In this document: positions 22,808 to 33,605 of the stretch, one piece after another
How the letters are laid out: each line of letters starts with the position of its first letter
Numbering within the stretch: the first letter of the stretch is position 1
Made by a program: the position numbers and the translations under genes
NCBI RefSeq assembly: GCF_016433145.1
Contig: NC_058132.1
Coordinates: 616,636,219-616,700,218, forward strand
Length of the DNA: 64,000 bases
Source of the DNA: Gracilinanus agilis
Lineage: Eukaryota
Direction of reading: 5' to 3'
Notes under the pieces: model-generated
Told to the model about the DNA's origin: nothing
Seen by the model: only the letters and a program-made list of their open reading frames with translations
Databases searched by the model: none

Positions 22808-22860
22808 ATCATCATCATCATCATCATCATCATCATTATTATTATTATTATTATTGTTGT
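22808..22860. repeat. Compound microsatellite (ATC)n(ATT)n(GTT)n
   Basis: Read directly. Confidence 0.95.
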
Positions 22861-23029
22861 TGTCTTGAGTCATGGAGCCCCTCCAGTTTGGGGATGACAA
22901 TTCCCTGAGTTTTCTGCTACACTCCCACTGAGCTTAAGCAATGTTTATAAAGCACCAATCGAGGGGTAAGCAGGTAAATGTTTAACAACTGGGCTCTCTA
23001 GGGAAAAATTATGCACAGTTTCTTTTTGA

Positions 23030-23220
23030 GCCCATACTTTCCACCTTAGAATCAATACTGTGTATTGGTTCCACAGCAGAAGAATAGTAAGGGCTGGGCA
23101 ATGGGCTTAAGTGACTTGCCTGAGGTCACCCAGCTAGGAAGTCTCTGAGACCAGATTTGAAGCCAACACCTCTTGTCTCTAGGCCTGACTCTCAATCCCC
23201 TGATCTACCTATGTGCCCCC
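23030..23220 (-). mobile_element. Marsupial SINE
   Basis: Near full-length reverse copy. Confidence 0.8.
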
Positions 23221-23369
23221 TCAGCCTCCTTTTGAAGAAGACCACTAGAACCTACTAGCTTTTGAGGCAGCCCATTCCACTACTGAATGGTTCTAAAGTC
23301 AGAAAAGTTTGGGTTTTTGGTGTGTTTTTTTTTTTTTTTAAATACTGCAATGCAATTCAAAATGGTGAA

Positions 23370-23736
23370 GTTTATGTCATGCAAAGATGGGCTGAAGATG
23401 GTGGAAAAGTTCAGGCAGGAGAACAGAAGACTCAGGTAGTACATGAAAGCCCTCTTCCAATATCTGATGAGATATTAAATGGAAAAGGGATTAGATTTGT
23501 TCTATTTGGATCCAGAGGGCAGAACTTGGAACAATGGGTGGAGGTTGTAGAAGGGCAGATTTTGTTTGCCTAATAGGACCGAGGACGGCACATTCTGCCC
23601 TGGGAGATAGTAGGCTCTCCCTTGTTCAAGGTCTCCAGACAAAGGCTGGGTGACCTCTTGATAGGGACACTGTAGATACAGTTATGGGCTAGTCTAAATA
23701 GCTGCTGAATCATCCAACTTTCGAGATCCTATGAGC
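23370..23736 (+). mobile_element. L3/CR1-like 3' fragment, paralogous to 19840-20170
   Basis: cagaacttggaacaatgggtggagg...aaggctgggtgacc...tcgagatcctatgagc. Confidence 0.55.
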
Positions 23737-24139
23737 CATCAAACTTCTCTCTAGTCTCCTTCCCTCTAAATCCAACACCCCCAATTCCTTTAGCTGACCC
23801 TGGTATGGCCCAGGTGCATTGTGACCATTCACCTGGAGCCTCATCCAGCTTTCCCAGCTGCTCTCACGCCACCCCCTCTCCCCACACATCCCCATTCGTC
23901 ATGGACAGGCTGGACTAACACAAGACAAATCAGCCCCATTAGCACCATCTGCTTGCCCAATTCATGCTGAAGTGATGAATCTCTCCTCTACTTTAGTGAC
24001 TGGGGGACACGCTTAGATGCCAAAGACTCTCGTGACTCCTGGGCAACCTTTTCCCCAGAAGACTCCCCCATCTCTCTATTACCCAGACAGGGCCTCGGCT
24101 GAACAGCTCCCACCGTACTTTTCATCTTTTTGTGCCCAC

Positions 24140-24412
24140 CTGTGATGGTGACATGGAAGACTGCCTGGTCTTCTCCTGCCTTGCACACAAACTTGCCCCC
24201 ATCCTGGGGCTGGGCTGCAGGCAGGATCAGATGGCAGTGGGGCCCTTTGCTCTCCAGGAGCAGGGTTTCACTCTCCTTTACCACCATTCCGTCCCTGGAC
24301 CAGTGCACGGGGGCTCCAGCCTGGGACAGCTCACAGCTTAAAACCACACGTTCGGAGCTCTCCGCAGTCACAGATACCTCGTCCTGGGGGAATAGGATCT
24401 TCACAGGGGGCT
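24140..24412 (-). CDS. OBSL1: OBSL1 exon 7 (273-bp Ig repeat, copy D)
   Basis: EPPVKILFPQDEVSV...QAVFHVTIT; open frame, canonical splice sites. Confidence 0.9.
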
Positions 24413-25854
24413 CTGCAGTGGGAGACGGTAACATTTTTGAGATATATCATCACCCAAAGACTCAGGGTTAGAGAATGTCATATTCTTTTTTTTTTAAATC
24501 CTTCCCTTCCCAAGTCCACTTGTCTAGCCCTTATGGCTCTTCTGCCTTGGACCAGATACTTGTATGGATTCTGAGACAGAAGGTGAGGTTTTAAAGGATT
24601 GAGGAGGGGGCCAGTTGGTGAAGGTCTTTAAAGAGTTTAAAAGGTCTTAGAAACAACTCTAAGATAGAAGGGGAAGGGCTAGGCAAACAGGGTCACACAG
24701 CTAGGAAGAGTCTGAGGCCAGATGAGAATGCCACATTCATGGTCACAAACACAATCATCTGTGGACGGAGCCCTGGACTTCAGAATGCTCCTATGACCAA
24801 GGTAGAGTACTACCTGTCCTCCGAAGGACCTGGGGCACGGTCGAGGAGGGAAGCTAAGATTACAGACTGGTCTGAAGCTCCTGTGAAATGGGGAGATACC
24901 TACCAGTAAAAGACCCCTGATATTGTGTAAACCTGACTGTTTGCTTGGAAACTGAGGGCTATTATCATGGCACCCTGGCTGGGAAGCCACGGGGCCATTA
25001 TTTAAGAGATTGATCTAAGACTAAATGCAAAGCTGCAATTCTGGACCAAGGGTAACATCTGTTGGGATGTGGCCCCCCACTAGCCAGGCAAGCCGGTACT
25101 GCATCAAATGTGGAATGCAAAGATTTCGCTTCTAATTTTAAAAAATAAATAAAATGCTAATTGTCCTCTTCCCCTTTCCTCACTTTTCCTGAGGTCTGAG
25201 ATTGTTCTCTGCAGGTAATTCCTGTCCTCAGTGTCCTTCAGTAGATTTTCAGCTTTCTCTCACTTTGGCCTCCTTATAAAGCCCAAGTCCAAGAAAGTTA
25301 ACTAGGAGCAAAGCAATTTGGACTTCCTCAAGGTGAGATTTAGTGATGAGTCATGTCAGAACCAAGCCCCAAATATGATGCAGTGGGGATTCCTATATGT
25401 TTTATGGAGAGACATCATCCATGTGAGATGTGGTCCTTCTGGCCATTTCCTTTACAGATGGAAGCAACAAGGAGTGACTTAATGACCTTAATTAGGAGCC
25501 TTCTTGGGTTCCAGTGCCTCCTCCTGCACCCCATCATAGTTGGTCAATGGGGTCACTTCAGAGAACCAATAAGTTAGATAAAAAATGCAGGATTTAGGAG
25601 CTGGAGGCCAAGCCAAAGCTCAGGTCTGAACCAGAGGAGAAAAGGCTTTTGTAGAGAAGATGGACACCACAAAAACAAACACGATGGGGAAGGTAATGGA
25701 TTTGTTTATGTGCCCAGAGAGAGGAGACCCTAGAATGAGTTGTGCCACAGAAATTTCACAGATGGAATTAGATAACAGGACATAATAACTCCATGTGAGA
25801 GTTATGCTTATCTTCATTGTATCTTTCTATATCATAAGTCCATTGGTTTGTGGT

Positions 25855-26030
25855 AGCTAGATGGCCAAGTGGTTAGAGACCCAGGTCCAGAGACAGGAGG
25901 TCCTGCGTAAATCTGGTTTCAGATGCTTTCTAGTTGGGCACAATTCTAATTACCTAGTCCTTACTGCTCTTCTACCTTGGAACCAATATTTGTATTGATG
26001 CTAGGATAGAAGGTAAGGGTTTAAAAAGAA
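25855..26030 (+). mobile_element. Marsupial SINE
   Basis: Shared core and tail. Confidence 0.75.
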
Positions 26031-26444
26031 GAGGTAGGAAGAGGCTAGATCCTGAAGGATTTAAAGATCAAAATGAATTTATATTTGATTTTAGAGTTTA
26101 TTGAATAGGTATGTGTGACTTGGTTAGGTCTACCCTTAGCAAAAATCAGTTTGGCAGCTAGGTGGAAGGTGGTTTGCAGGGGGCAGAGCCTTGGGGCAGG
26201 GAGGTCAGTCTAGGAGGCAACTGCAATAGTCCATACAAAAGGGGATGAGGCGATAGGCTGGGTGAGTGGAGAGAAGGTGATGTATATGATGGAAACCGTG
26301 AAGGGAGAAATGAACAGAACAGACTAGATATAGAGGGTAAGTGTGATTGGAGAATGGAGATGCTCTCAAGAGTAAAAGAGGTCCTGTGAAGAATGGAAGA
26401 TTGGGAACATGCAAAGTTATGAATAGATAAAAGAAAAATCCTTA

Positions 26445-26628
26445 CTTTCTGTTTTAGAATCAATACTGCATTTTGGTTCCAAGGCAGAAGAGCGCTAAGG
26501 GCTAGGCAATGGGGGATTCAGTGACTTGCCCAGGGTCACACAGCTAGGAAGTATCTGGGGCCATATTTGAACCCAGGACTTGCTGTTCTAGGCTTGACAC
26601 TCTATCTCCTGAGTCACCTAGCTGCCCT
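26445..26628 (-). mobile_element. Marsupial SINE
   Basis: Near full-length reverse copy. Confidence 0.8.
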
Positions 26629-27106
26629 GATGGATAGATATTTATTTTTTTTTAATGCTGCAGTTGGCTTATTGGATGTTGAACTTTCCATGGGATGTTC
26701 AAAGAAAGACGGGACGACTACCACCCATCAGGTAGACTGTAAAGGGCTCACCTGCCTGGGAGATAACTTCTAAGGTCTCTTCTGCTTCGATGGTTTCAAG
26801 ATTCTTTGTGATAGCACAGAATGGTGAGACGGTCCTAAGTGGTTTGTCTCCCAATTGGGCAGTTCCTCCTCCTTCACTGTCTGGCCCTGGCTCCCTGTTT
26901 TCTGAATCATCGGGCAAGCTTCCAGCAGAGAGACAAGGGTGGGTGGTGAGGAAGGAAGGGGGCAGAGGAGAAGCTGACGGCATGGACCTTCCAGAGGGAG
27001 CCCCTCTACCAAGCGAGCTGAGGTGTTGCTCCTACTTTAGCTAGCCCTGGGGCCCCGAGACTCCGTTCTCTGGCTCAGAACATCTAAGCTCAATCAGGCT
27101 TCTCAC

Positions 27107-27379
27107 CTTGGATGGTGACCATAAAGAAAGCTGAGTCCTCTCCAGCCTTACACACAAACTCGCCCCCGTGCTGGGGTTGGGCAGCTGGTATCACCAGGCG
27201 GCACCGGAGGCCCTCATTCTCTAGCACCAGGGCTTGGCTCTCTTCTATCTCCAGCCCATCTTTGTACCAATGCACAGGAGCTCCAGCCCGGGACAGCTCA
27301 CATACGAGCACCACCTGTTCCAAGCTCATGGCCTCGATGGATACCTTTTCTTGAGGGAGCACAATCCTCACGGGGGCCT
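27107..27379 (-). CDS. OBSL1: OBSL1 exon 6 (273-bp Ig repeat, copy E)
   Basis: EAPVRIVLPQEKVSI...SAFFMVTIQ; open frame, canonical splice sites. Confidence 0.92.
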
Positions 27380-27832
27380 CTATAGAGGAAAGGCACACAT
27401 ACCCACACACAGATGCAAACACTTATAGTGGCAGTCAGAGGCAGCAGAGCTAGACCACCCGATAGGCACCCCAGGCATGGATGGACCTAGGGGGCTCCCC
27501 AGGCATGGATGGACCTAGGGGGCTCCCTAAGGATGGATAGGAAAATAGTCAGGGTCACCATGGAAACACAGGTTTCAGACTTTCTTCTCACATTGTACCC
27601 TGTCTATCATGGGTCGCCATGGGAATGCATTTCCTATCCACATCACTCCAATGACTTGTTCTTTTTGCTTGGGGATCCCAATGAGTCATTTTTATGTACC
27701 ATTATACCAAATATAACTGTATAAAAAGGTTACCTTTCTATAATAAGCCTACATAATAGATAATTGTCTAGACCACAGATGCCAGACTTGCACCACATGT
27801 GCAAAACTTCCAAGTGCAGTCCAAACCAGAGT

Positions 27833-27935
27833 GACCCTGGGCAAGTCACTTAACCCCCGCTGCCTAGCCCTTACTGCTCTTCTGCCTTAGAACTAATATA
27901 TAGTATTGATTCTAAGATGGAAGGTAAAGGTTTAA
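27833..27935 (+). mobile_element. Marsupial SINE, 3' half
   Basis: gtgaccctgggcaagtcacttaacccc...tattgattctaagatggaagg. Confidence 0.75.
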
Positions 27936-30331
27936 AATATATTTGGGAAATGTTGAACAAAATAAGTAAAAATAAAGTAAAATATAGATTATTTTTAACT
28001 TATGGTTTTCAAAATCTGTGTAGGGCCAGTCAAGATCCCCTTCTAATTGAGCTTGACCCCACTGGTCTAGATAACTCTCTTAAGTTCTGATATAAAGTTG
28101 AATGGGCAGTCCATTGAGCAGGTCCTCATTACTATATCCATCTTGTTCAGGCACTACAGAAGGATAGGGAGCTGGGCCAACTGAATGGGGCAAACAGAGT
28201 GGGCTAGCTTTGGGGAAACTGAACAGCATTTTCAACAACTCCCAAGGTTCTGCCCATAACAAAATCTCAGATTTTTAACTCAACATCCTTTTGGTGATGC
28301 CATATGGCAGTGAGTCATGAAATGATTCAATCTCTGAGGAATCAAAAATATGGGTCATGTAAAGGGCTCTAGAGAGGGTGAGGGTATGATGGGCTTCTGT
28401 GGGCTGCAGCACACGGTACCTGCAGTGAACTGTGTGTGCCAGAAGCAGCCAAGAGAAGTATGACGAGAAACGGAGGCAGGAGGGTCATGTAGGAAGAATG
28501 AAAGAGAACCCCTAGACAGCCTCCGATGGTGCCCTTGAGAGCCCTGGATCGTTGGCTGACCCGAGGGAAGGTTCTGGGTATTTTGGGTGGGCCATCCCTT
28601 CTGTCCTATGTAGGATTTATGGGAGGGCACAGACAAAAGTCTCCCACGATGAGAAGATGTGGACGGGTTGTGATCTGTATTATTGGCTCGAGCTCCAACA
28701 TTGATCAGAGAGCTGACCCGTGGAAATATCGAAGGCTGATAACACAGAAAAGCCTTTATAATTAATGAGTTACTGAATTCAGGCACATTGCCAAGGTGAA
28801 AATCATTAGCCTCTACTGGGCTGAGATTTAGAAAGTGATGAAGTCCCTACCCTCTAATAGGGTTGTTGGGGATGGACGGGGAGGGCTTCCCACATCTCTC
28901 TCTCTGCCCAGCGACTTTAAAGTGGTTGGAATAAATGAATCTTTCGGATAATTTGGGCTCCAGACTGACTCCCTTGCTACGTTAGGTTTCCTGGCACAGA
29001 CAGAAGTGCAGAGGAAACAAGGCTTCTATTTGCCCACTCTCTGACTGATAAGAGAGACACCTGGCCCCTTTTGGCTCTTGTTTCTTGTTCTTGCCTCCGT
29101 TCTCTGGGAGGAAAGGGCATCCCAGGCTGAGGAGACCAGGTGGGCTCAAGTTCCACCATAGGCAGAAGGGAGAACAGGGCAGGCTGGAATTAGAACTGGC
29201 CAGAAGACGCCACACCAATAAAGCTCCTTCCTTTTTTAGTCTATGCTGGACATTTACTTGCCAGCACCCTGAAGCTATTGGTTCAGGCCTTGTTCCATGT
29301 CCCAAGGCTATTCTTACTGGCTGTGACCTCGAGTAAGAGCCTTCCTCATTGGTCATTTAAGAGCAAAACCATGGCCCTGCCTCGCTCACAGGGGTGTTGT
29401 GAAGAGACTGCCTTGTAACCCTGAGAGAGCCACTGATGTATCAGTTGTCTCCATCACTGCTCTCTGAACCTAGATGTCGCTTTGCCCCTGCTCGGCTCTC
29501 CTGCAGATAGAGGTTGAGTTTTACAAGAAGTTTTCCATCATTTGGGAGAGAAATAGTGAGAGAAAGCACTGAGTTACAGGGCGTGGACTCTGTGTCCTTC
29601 CTATTCCTCATCTGGCCTAAGGGACCAGCTAAAACTTCCTGCTCAGTCCAGGAGTCTCCCTCTAGGTCCAATCGGTGCCTGAATAAACCCTCAACATGCC
29701 TGTCCTGCCCTGACTGACTTGGCCAGGCAGCTTCTCATACCGCCATTACAATGTCTTTCCCATTGGAGTGGTCTCCATAGCTATGGTGGATAGCGAGCTA
29801 GACTTGGAGTCAGCAGAGCTGGGTTTGCATCCTGAATCAGACACTAACTGTGTGGTTGTGGGCCATTATAGTCCCTTGGAACCTCAATTTTCTCTTCTGT
29901 AAAATGAGGAAGGGGGTACCCCTCTCCCCTCTTACCTAGTTTTTAGGGCTGTTGTGAAGAAAGCGTTTGTGAATTTTAAAGCACAATGTAAATTGTGAGC
30001 TAGTATGATTATGGTTATTTTCCAGGAGCATCGGTTTTGAGCCGGAGGGACTGTAGAGGCTATTTGGTCCAGGCCCTTCATGGGATAGATGTAAAAATTG
30101 AGGTCCAAACAGCATCAGTCCCCTCCTTACTCCTGGCCAAATCACGCAAGTATTGAGTGACAAATGAGATATTAAAATCCAATCCTCTGACTCCAAATTC
30201 AGAGCATACTTCCACTGAACTATGCCTGCCCTACGGTCATGTAGGTCCTCTTACTCTCAAGCTCGTGCCTTTCCCACCACCCCTTGCTGCCTCTTCTAAT
30301 TGCTGAGGGGTCCCTTATGCCCAGTTCCCAC

Positions 30332-30628
30332 CTTGCACATGGAGTGTGGCAGAGATGTGTACACCAGGGCACAGGAAAGTGATGAGGGTCCCGCTGTCCT
30401 GGAGCCTCGTGGCTCGGAGGAGTAGGCTGTGATGGGGGCCATGCTGCTGCACCAGGTATCCTTGGGCTTCATCCCTGGACCCACTCTCTGGACCCTTTGC
30501 CTTGAGTTCTGCCCCATTCAGAAACCAGGTGCCTTGCACCGAGGTGGAGAGTTCAAGGGAGAAGGTAGCATCATCCCCTTCTTGAACACACACATCCTGT
30601 AGTCCTCTTTGCACCTGAACTGCAGGCA
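30332..30628 (-). CDS. OBSL1: OBSL1 exon 5 (Ig)
   Basis: 297 bp; VPAVQVQRGLQDVCVQEGDDATFSLELS...SATLHVQ. Confidence 0.94.
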
Positions 30629-30759
30629 CTGGGAAGGTAAGAAGCCATCATTAGGGGCAGAGAAGGTGGGCAAGGCCCCAAGGTGGGGAGACCACATATG
30701 GAGGGCACAGATTAGGTGCTGACTATTGAAAGGACAGACAAGACTGAGAGAGAACTCAC

Positions 30760-31062
30760 CCAGGTGCACTGAGCCTGGAAAGAGGATGTAGGGGCTCTGG
30801 CCATGCTTGCTGACCACACAGAGTCGGAAGCGATAGTCACCCTCATTTGGCATGCCATCTCCCGGCACCTCCACCACACCTGCTGCTTCTGTAGTAAGGC
30901 ACTGGACCCAGGCATCTGTGCCCACTTCTTGTCGTTCTAGCCGGTAGGTAAAGGCCGTGTCAGGGGCAGGCACTGGGGGTTTCCAACTGAGCAGAGCTGC
31001 ATTGTTGCATCCTGTGCCCAGCTCGACTGAAACTGGGGGTCCTGGAGGAATCTGCTTCATAC
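30760..31062 (-). CDS. OBSL1: OBSL1 exon 4 (fibronectin type III)
   Basis: 303 bp; PPGPP...LLSWKPP...YRLERQE...YRFRLCVVSKHGQS. Confidence 0.95.
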
Positions 31063-31481
31063 CTAATACAAAATGAGTCAGGGTCCAGGGTTCACTCAAT
31101 AATCACTTCATGACCCACCTGCGCTCTTCCTCTGGTTGTAGCCTGGAAGCAGACTCATCCAGCAACCAACCTCTGTCACCTAGCTCTAACTCTCCTAAGT
31201 TGCCAACCTTTACCTTATTCCCTGAGGCTGTGTCTGCCATGTCTCTCCACCCCACCTTTTACTCCATCCTCATTCCCTCAGTCTTCCATACTCTCTTGTC
31301 TTCTGCCCTGTGCCACGATCCCAAGGCATATCCACCTTCTCTGACTGATTGCTTTCCTCCCCTATTCTTTGCCACGTAGCAGGCTGTTCACTCACCCTCT
31401 AACCCTTACCCCATCCAATCTTCTCTTGCCCTCCTCCCGAGTTTTCCTAGACTCTTGCCTCTTGGCCATGCCCATTCTTAC

Positions 31482-31742
31482 ATTTGACCCTCAGCCTGGA
31501 GGAGGTGTGGGAAGAGCCCAGGCTGAAGGTGACCACCCCAGCATCCTGGCGCGTGACCCCCACCAACACCAGAGTGTGTGTATGGTTGGAGCTGGTTTGG
31601 ATTATCCGGGGTGAAGCCGGCAATTCCTGACCATCTCGAGTCCAGTGGCCGAGGGCCTTGGTTCCTCGGACCTCTACCGAAAGCACCGCGTTCTCTCCTT
31701 CCAGCACATCCAGCTTCCTCGGCAGGCGCCTTGCGATGGGCC
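31482..31742 (-). CDS. OBSL1: OBSL1 exon 3 (Ig)
   Basis: 261 bp; GPIARRLPRKLDVLEGENAVL...SSRLRVK. Confidence 0.95.
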
Positions 31743-31861
31743 CTGGGGATAGAGGAGCCGTAATTGTGCAGATGGGGGTTGGCATGGGCAAACGAGCCCA
31801 GGTTCAGCTTCCCTCATCCCCTCCACCCTGAGGTGGCATCCATCGCCCTGGCCTGGCTGAC

Positions 31862-32131
31862 CTTTGACCGCCACGGTGGCTACCGTCCGCACTCGGCCCC
31901 GCATCTCACACAGGTAAATGCCATCGTCGTCAGCCTCTAGGTCATGGATGACAAGGCGCCGCACGACCCCTGCCTCCCCCATCTCGTACTTGGGGCTGGG
32001 CAGCAGCCTCTGGTCCTCGCGGTACCACGTAGTGGCGATGCCCCGGGAGGGCACCTGACATTCTAGCACGGCATCTCCATGTTCTTCCCCCTCCACGTCC
32101 TCGAGGGCCACTGCAAACCGCACTCGGGGCT
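31862..32131 (-). CDS. OBSL1: OBSL1 exon 2 (Ig)
   Basis: 270 bp; EPRVRFAVALEDVEGEEHGDAVLEC...ADDDGIYLCEMRGRVRTVATVAVK. Confidence 0.96.
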
Positions 32132-32482
32132 CTGCAATCCAGGCAGACAGAGACAGTCAGGCACAGCCAGAGGGACACAGGTTCAAGAGATGCCCCTGAG
32201 GGGAGCCCTAGAGTCTTCCCCAAAGACCTGACCGAGCCGCCTTATTTATTACCCAGGACCTGAAAAACGACGTGATGCCGCCCTGTTATACTGTTCTTAG
32301 ATGTTTCTGGCATGACAGTCTGGTCTCCCCAACTAGACTCTACGCTCCTGGAGGGCCTTCCAGGGTGCTTAGCTGGCCCGCAGGGCGGGGGGCCTATGCT
32401 AGGTGCCCAGGGCTCCCCTTGTTTGGCTGGCAGCACTGCCGTCGGGGCTCCGTTCCTATCTCGGCCGTTCCGGCCCCTGTAC

Positions 32483-33605
32483 CTCGGACGTGCAGTTGCA
32501 CGGCGCTGAGAGTGTGTCCCGCGCTGTTGCGTGCTGCACAGACGTACAGCCCGCAGTCGGACGGCTGGCAGTACAGGACCTTCAGCACGAAGCCGCCGTC
32601 GTGGTCCCGGTAGAGCAGACGTCGCCGCCCGGGGCTCAGAGGGTGGCCTTCCCAGTGCCACTCGGTCTCGGGCTCTGGCTTCCCGGTCACGTAGCATCGG
32701 AATTTGGCGTGCTTTCCCTCACTCACCCAGAAGCTCTTAGGGGCGGGGGGGCCCTGACCGTGCCCTGCAGAAGCCCTCCGGCCCTGTCGGGGCGAGCTCA
32801 GAGGGCTCTCTGGAGAGGGCTGGATCTGGAGCAGGGCAGCGGCCACCGTGCGACCGTGCGTGTTGCTTGCGTGGCACACGTAGACGCCCGCGTCGGGCAG
32901 CCGGATGCCCCTGATCCGCAGCTCGTGGCCCCTGTCCCCAGCCAGGCCTCTCGTCAGAGAGAAGTGACCGCTCTCCCAGATGTCCTCCAGGAGCCGCCCA
33001 TCCTTCTCCCAGTGCACCGCTGGCTCTGGCTGCCCCCCGACTTGGCATGCCAGTACTACTTCCTCACCCTGCTGCACCCACTGAGATTGTGGACCTTCTA
33101 AGAATACAGGGGGCCCTTCCAGGGGCTCAAGAGGTAAGCCTGGGGGCCCCTGGGAAAGGGAGGGGGTCTGGGCCGGGTCTGAGGAGAGGAATGTGGAATC
33201 TGTGTCCAGAGGACTCGGGGTCCTGGCTCTGTGAAGGGGACCCTGCAAAGAGATCAGGTCTGGAGACCCCTCTGAGGGGACGGGCTCTGCCTCCGAAGGC
33301 TCTTGTACTGTGAGGGCTGCGGCCGCATAGGCCTCCCCACATGAATTTTGGGCCCGGCACACATAAACGCCAGCATCTGGGGCCCCAACTTCCCTTACCA
33401 AAAGGCTATGTTCAGCCCCCTCTGTCTGAAGACACAGACGGCTAGAAGCCTCCAGCTGTTGCCCATCCTTCTCCCACAGAACCGTGGGTGGAGGGGACCC
33501 TGTCAGGCAGCAGCGCAAAATGGCATCGGTGCCACTCAGCGCCCGAACGGGCCTTGGGAACCGAAGGAAGCGAGGGGCACCCCCGAGAACACCTCTCTCT
33601 TCCAT
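32483..33605 (-). CDS. OBSL1: OBSL1 (obscurin-like 1) exon 1, coding part (Ig1-Ig3)
   Basis: gccATGG start; FLRFPRPVR...WEKDG...YVCRAQN...FWVSEGKHAKFRCYV; 1123 nt, phase 1. Joined 22-exon CDS = 6084 nt, about 2027 aa. Confidence 0.96.

Noticed and set aside
22704-22836. Poly-Met N-terminus in the ORF track
   Set aside because: Translation of an intronic (ATG)n microsatellite upstream of the true acceptor at 22703
24780-25100. CpG-retaining intronic block with donor ACAG|GTAGTA as a cassette exon
   Set aside because: No acceptor gives a frame-preserving phase-1/1 exon, and the phase-1 frame has a TAG just upstream; may be an unrecognised repeat
28355-28786. 143-aa - strand ORF with a phase-1 donor (GCAG|GTACCG) as an extra OBSL1 exon
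   Set aside because: The only good acceptor (ttatcag) is in the wrong phase and gives an early stop; phase-compatible AGs lack pyrimidine tracts; no Ig features
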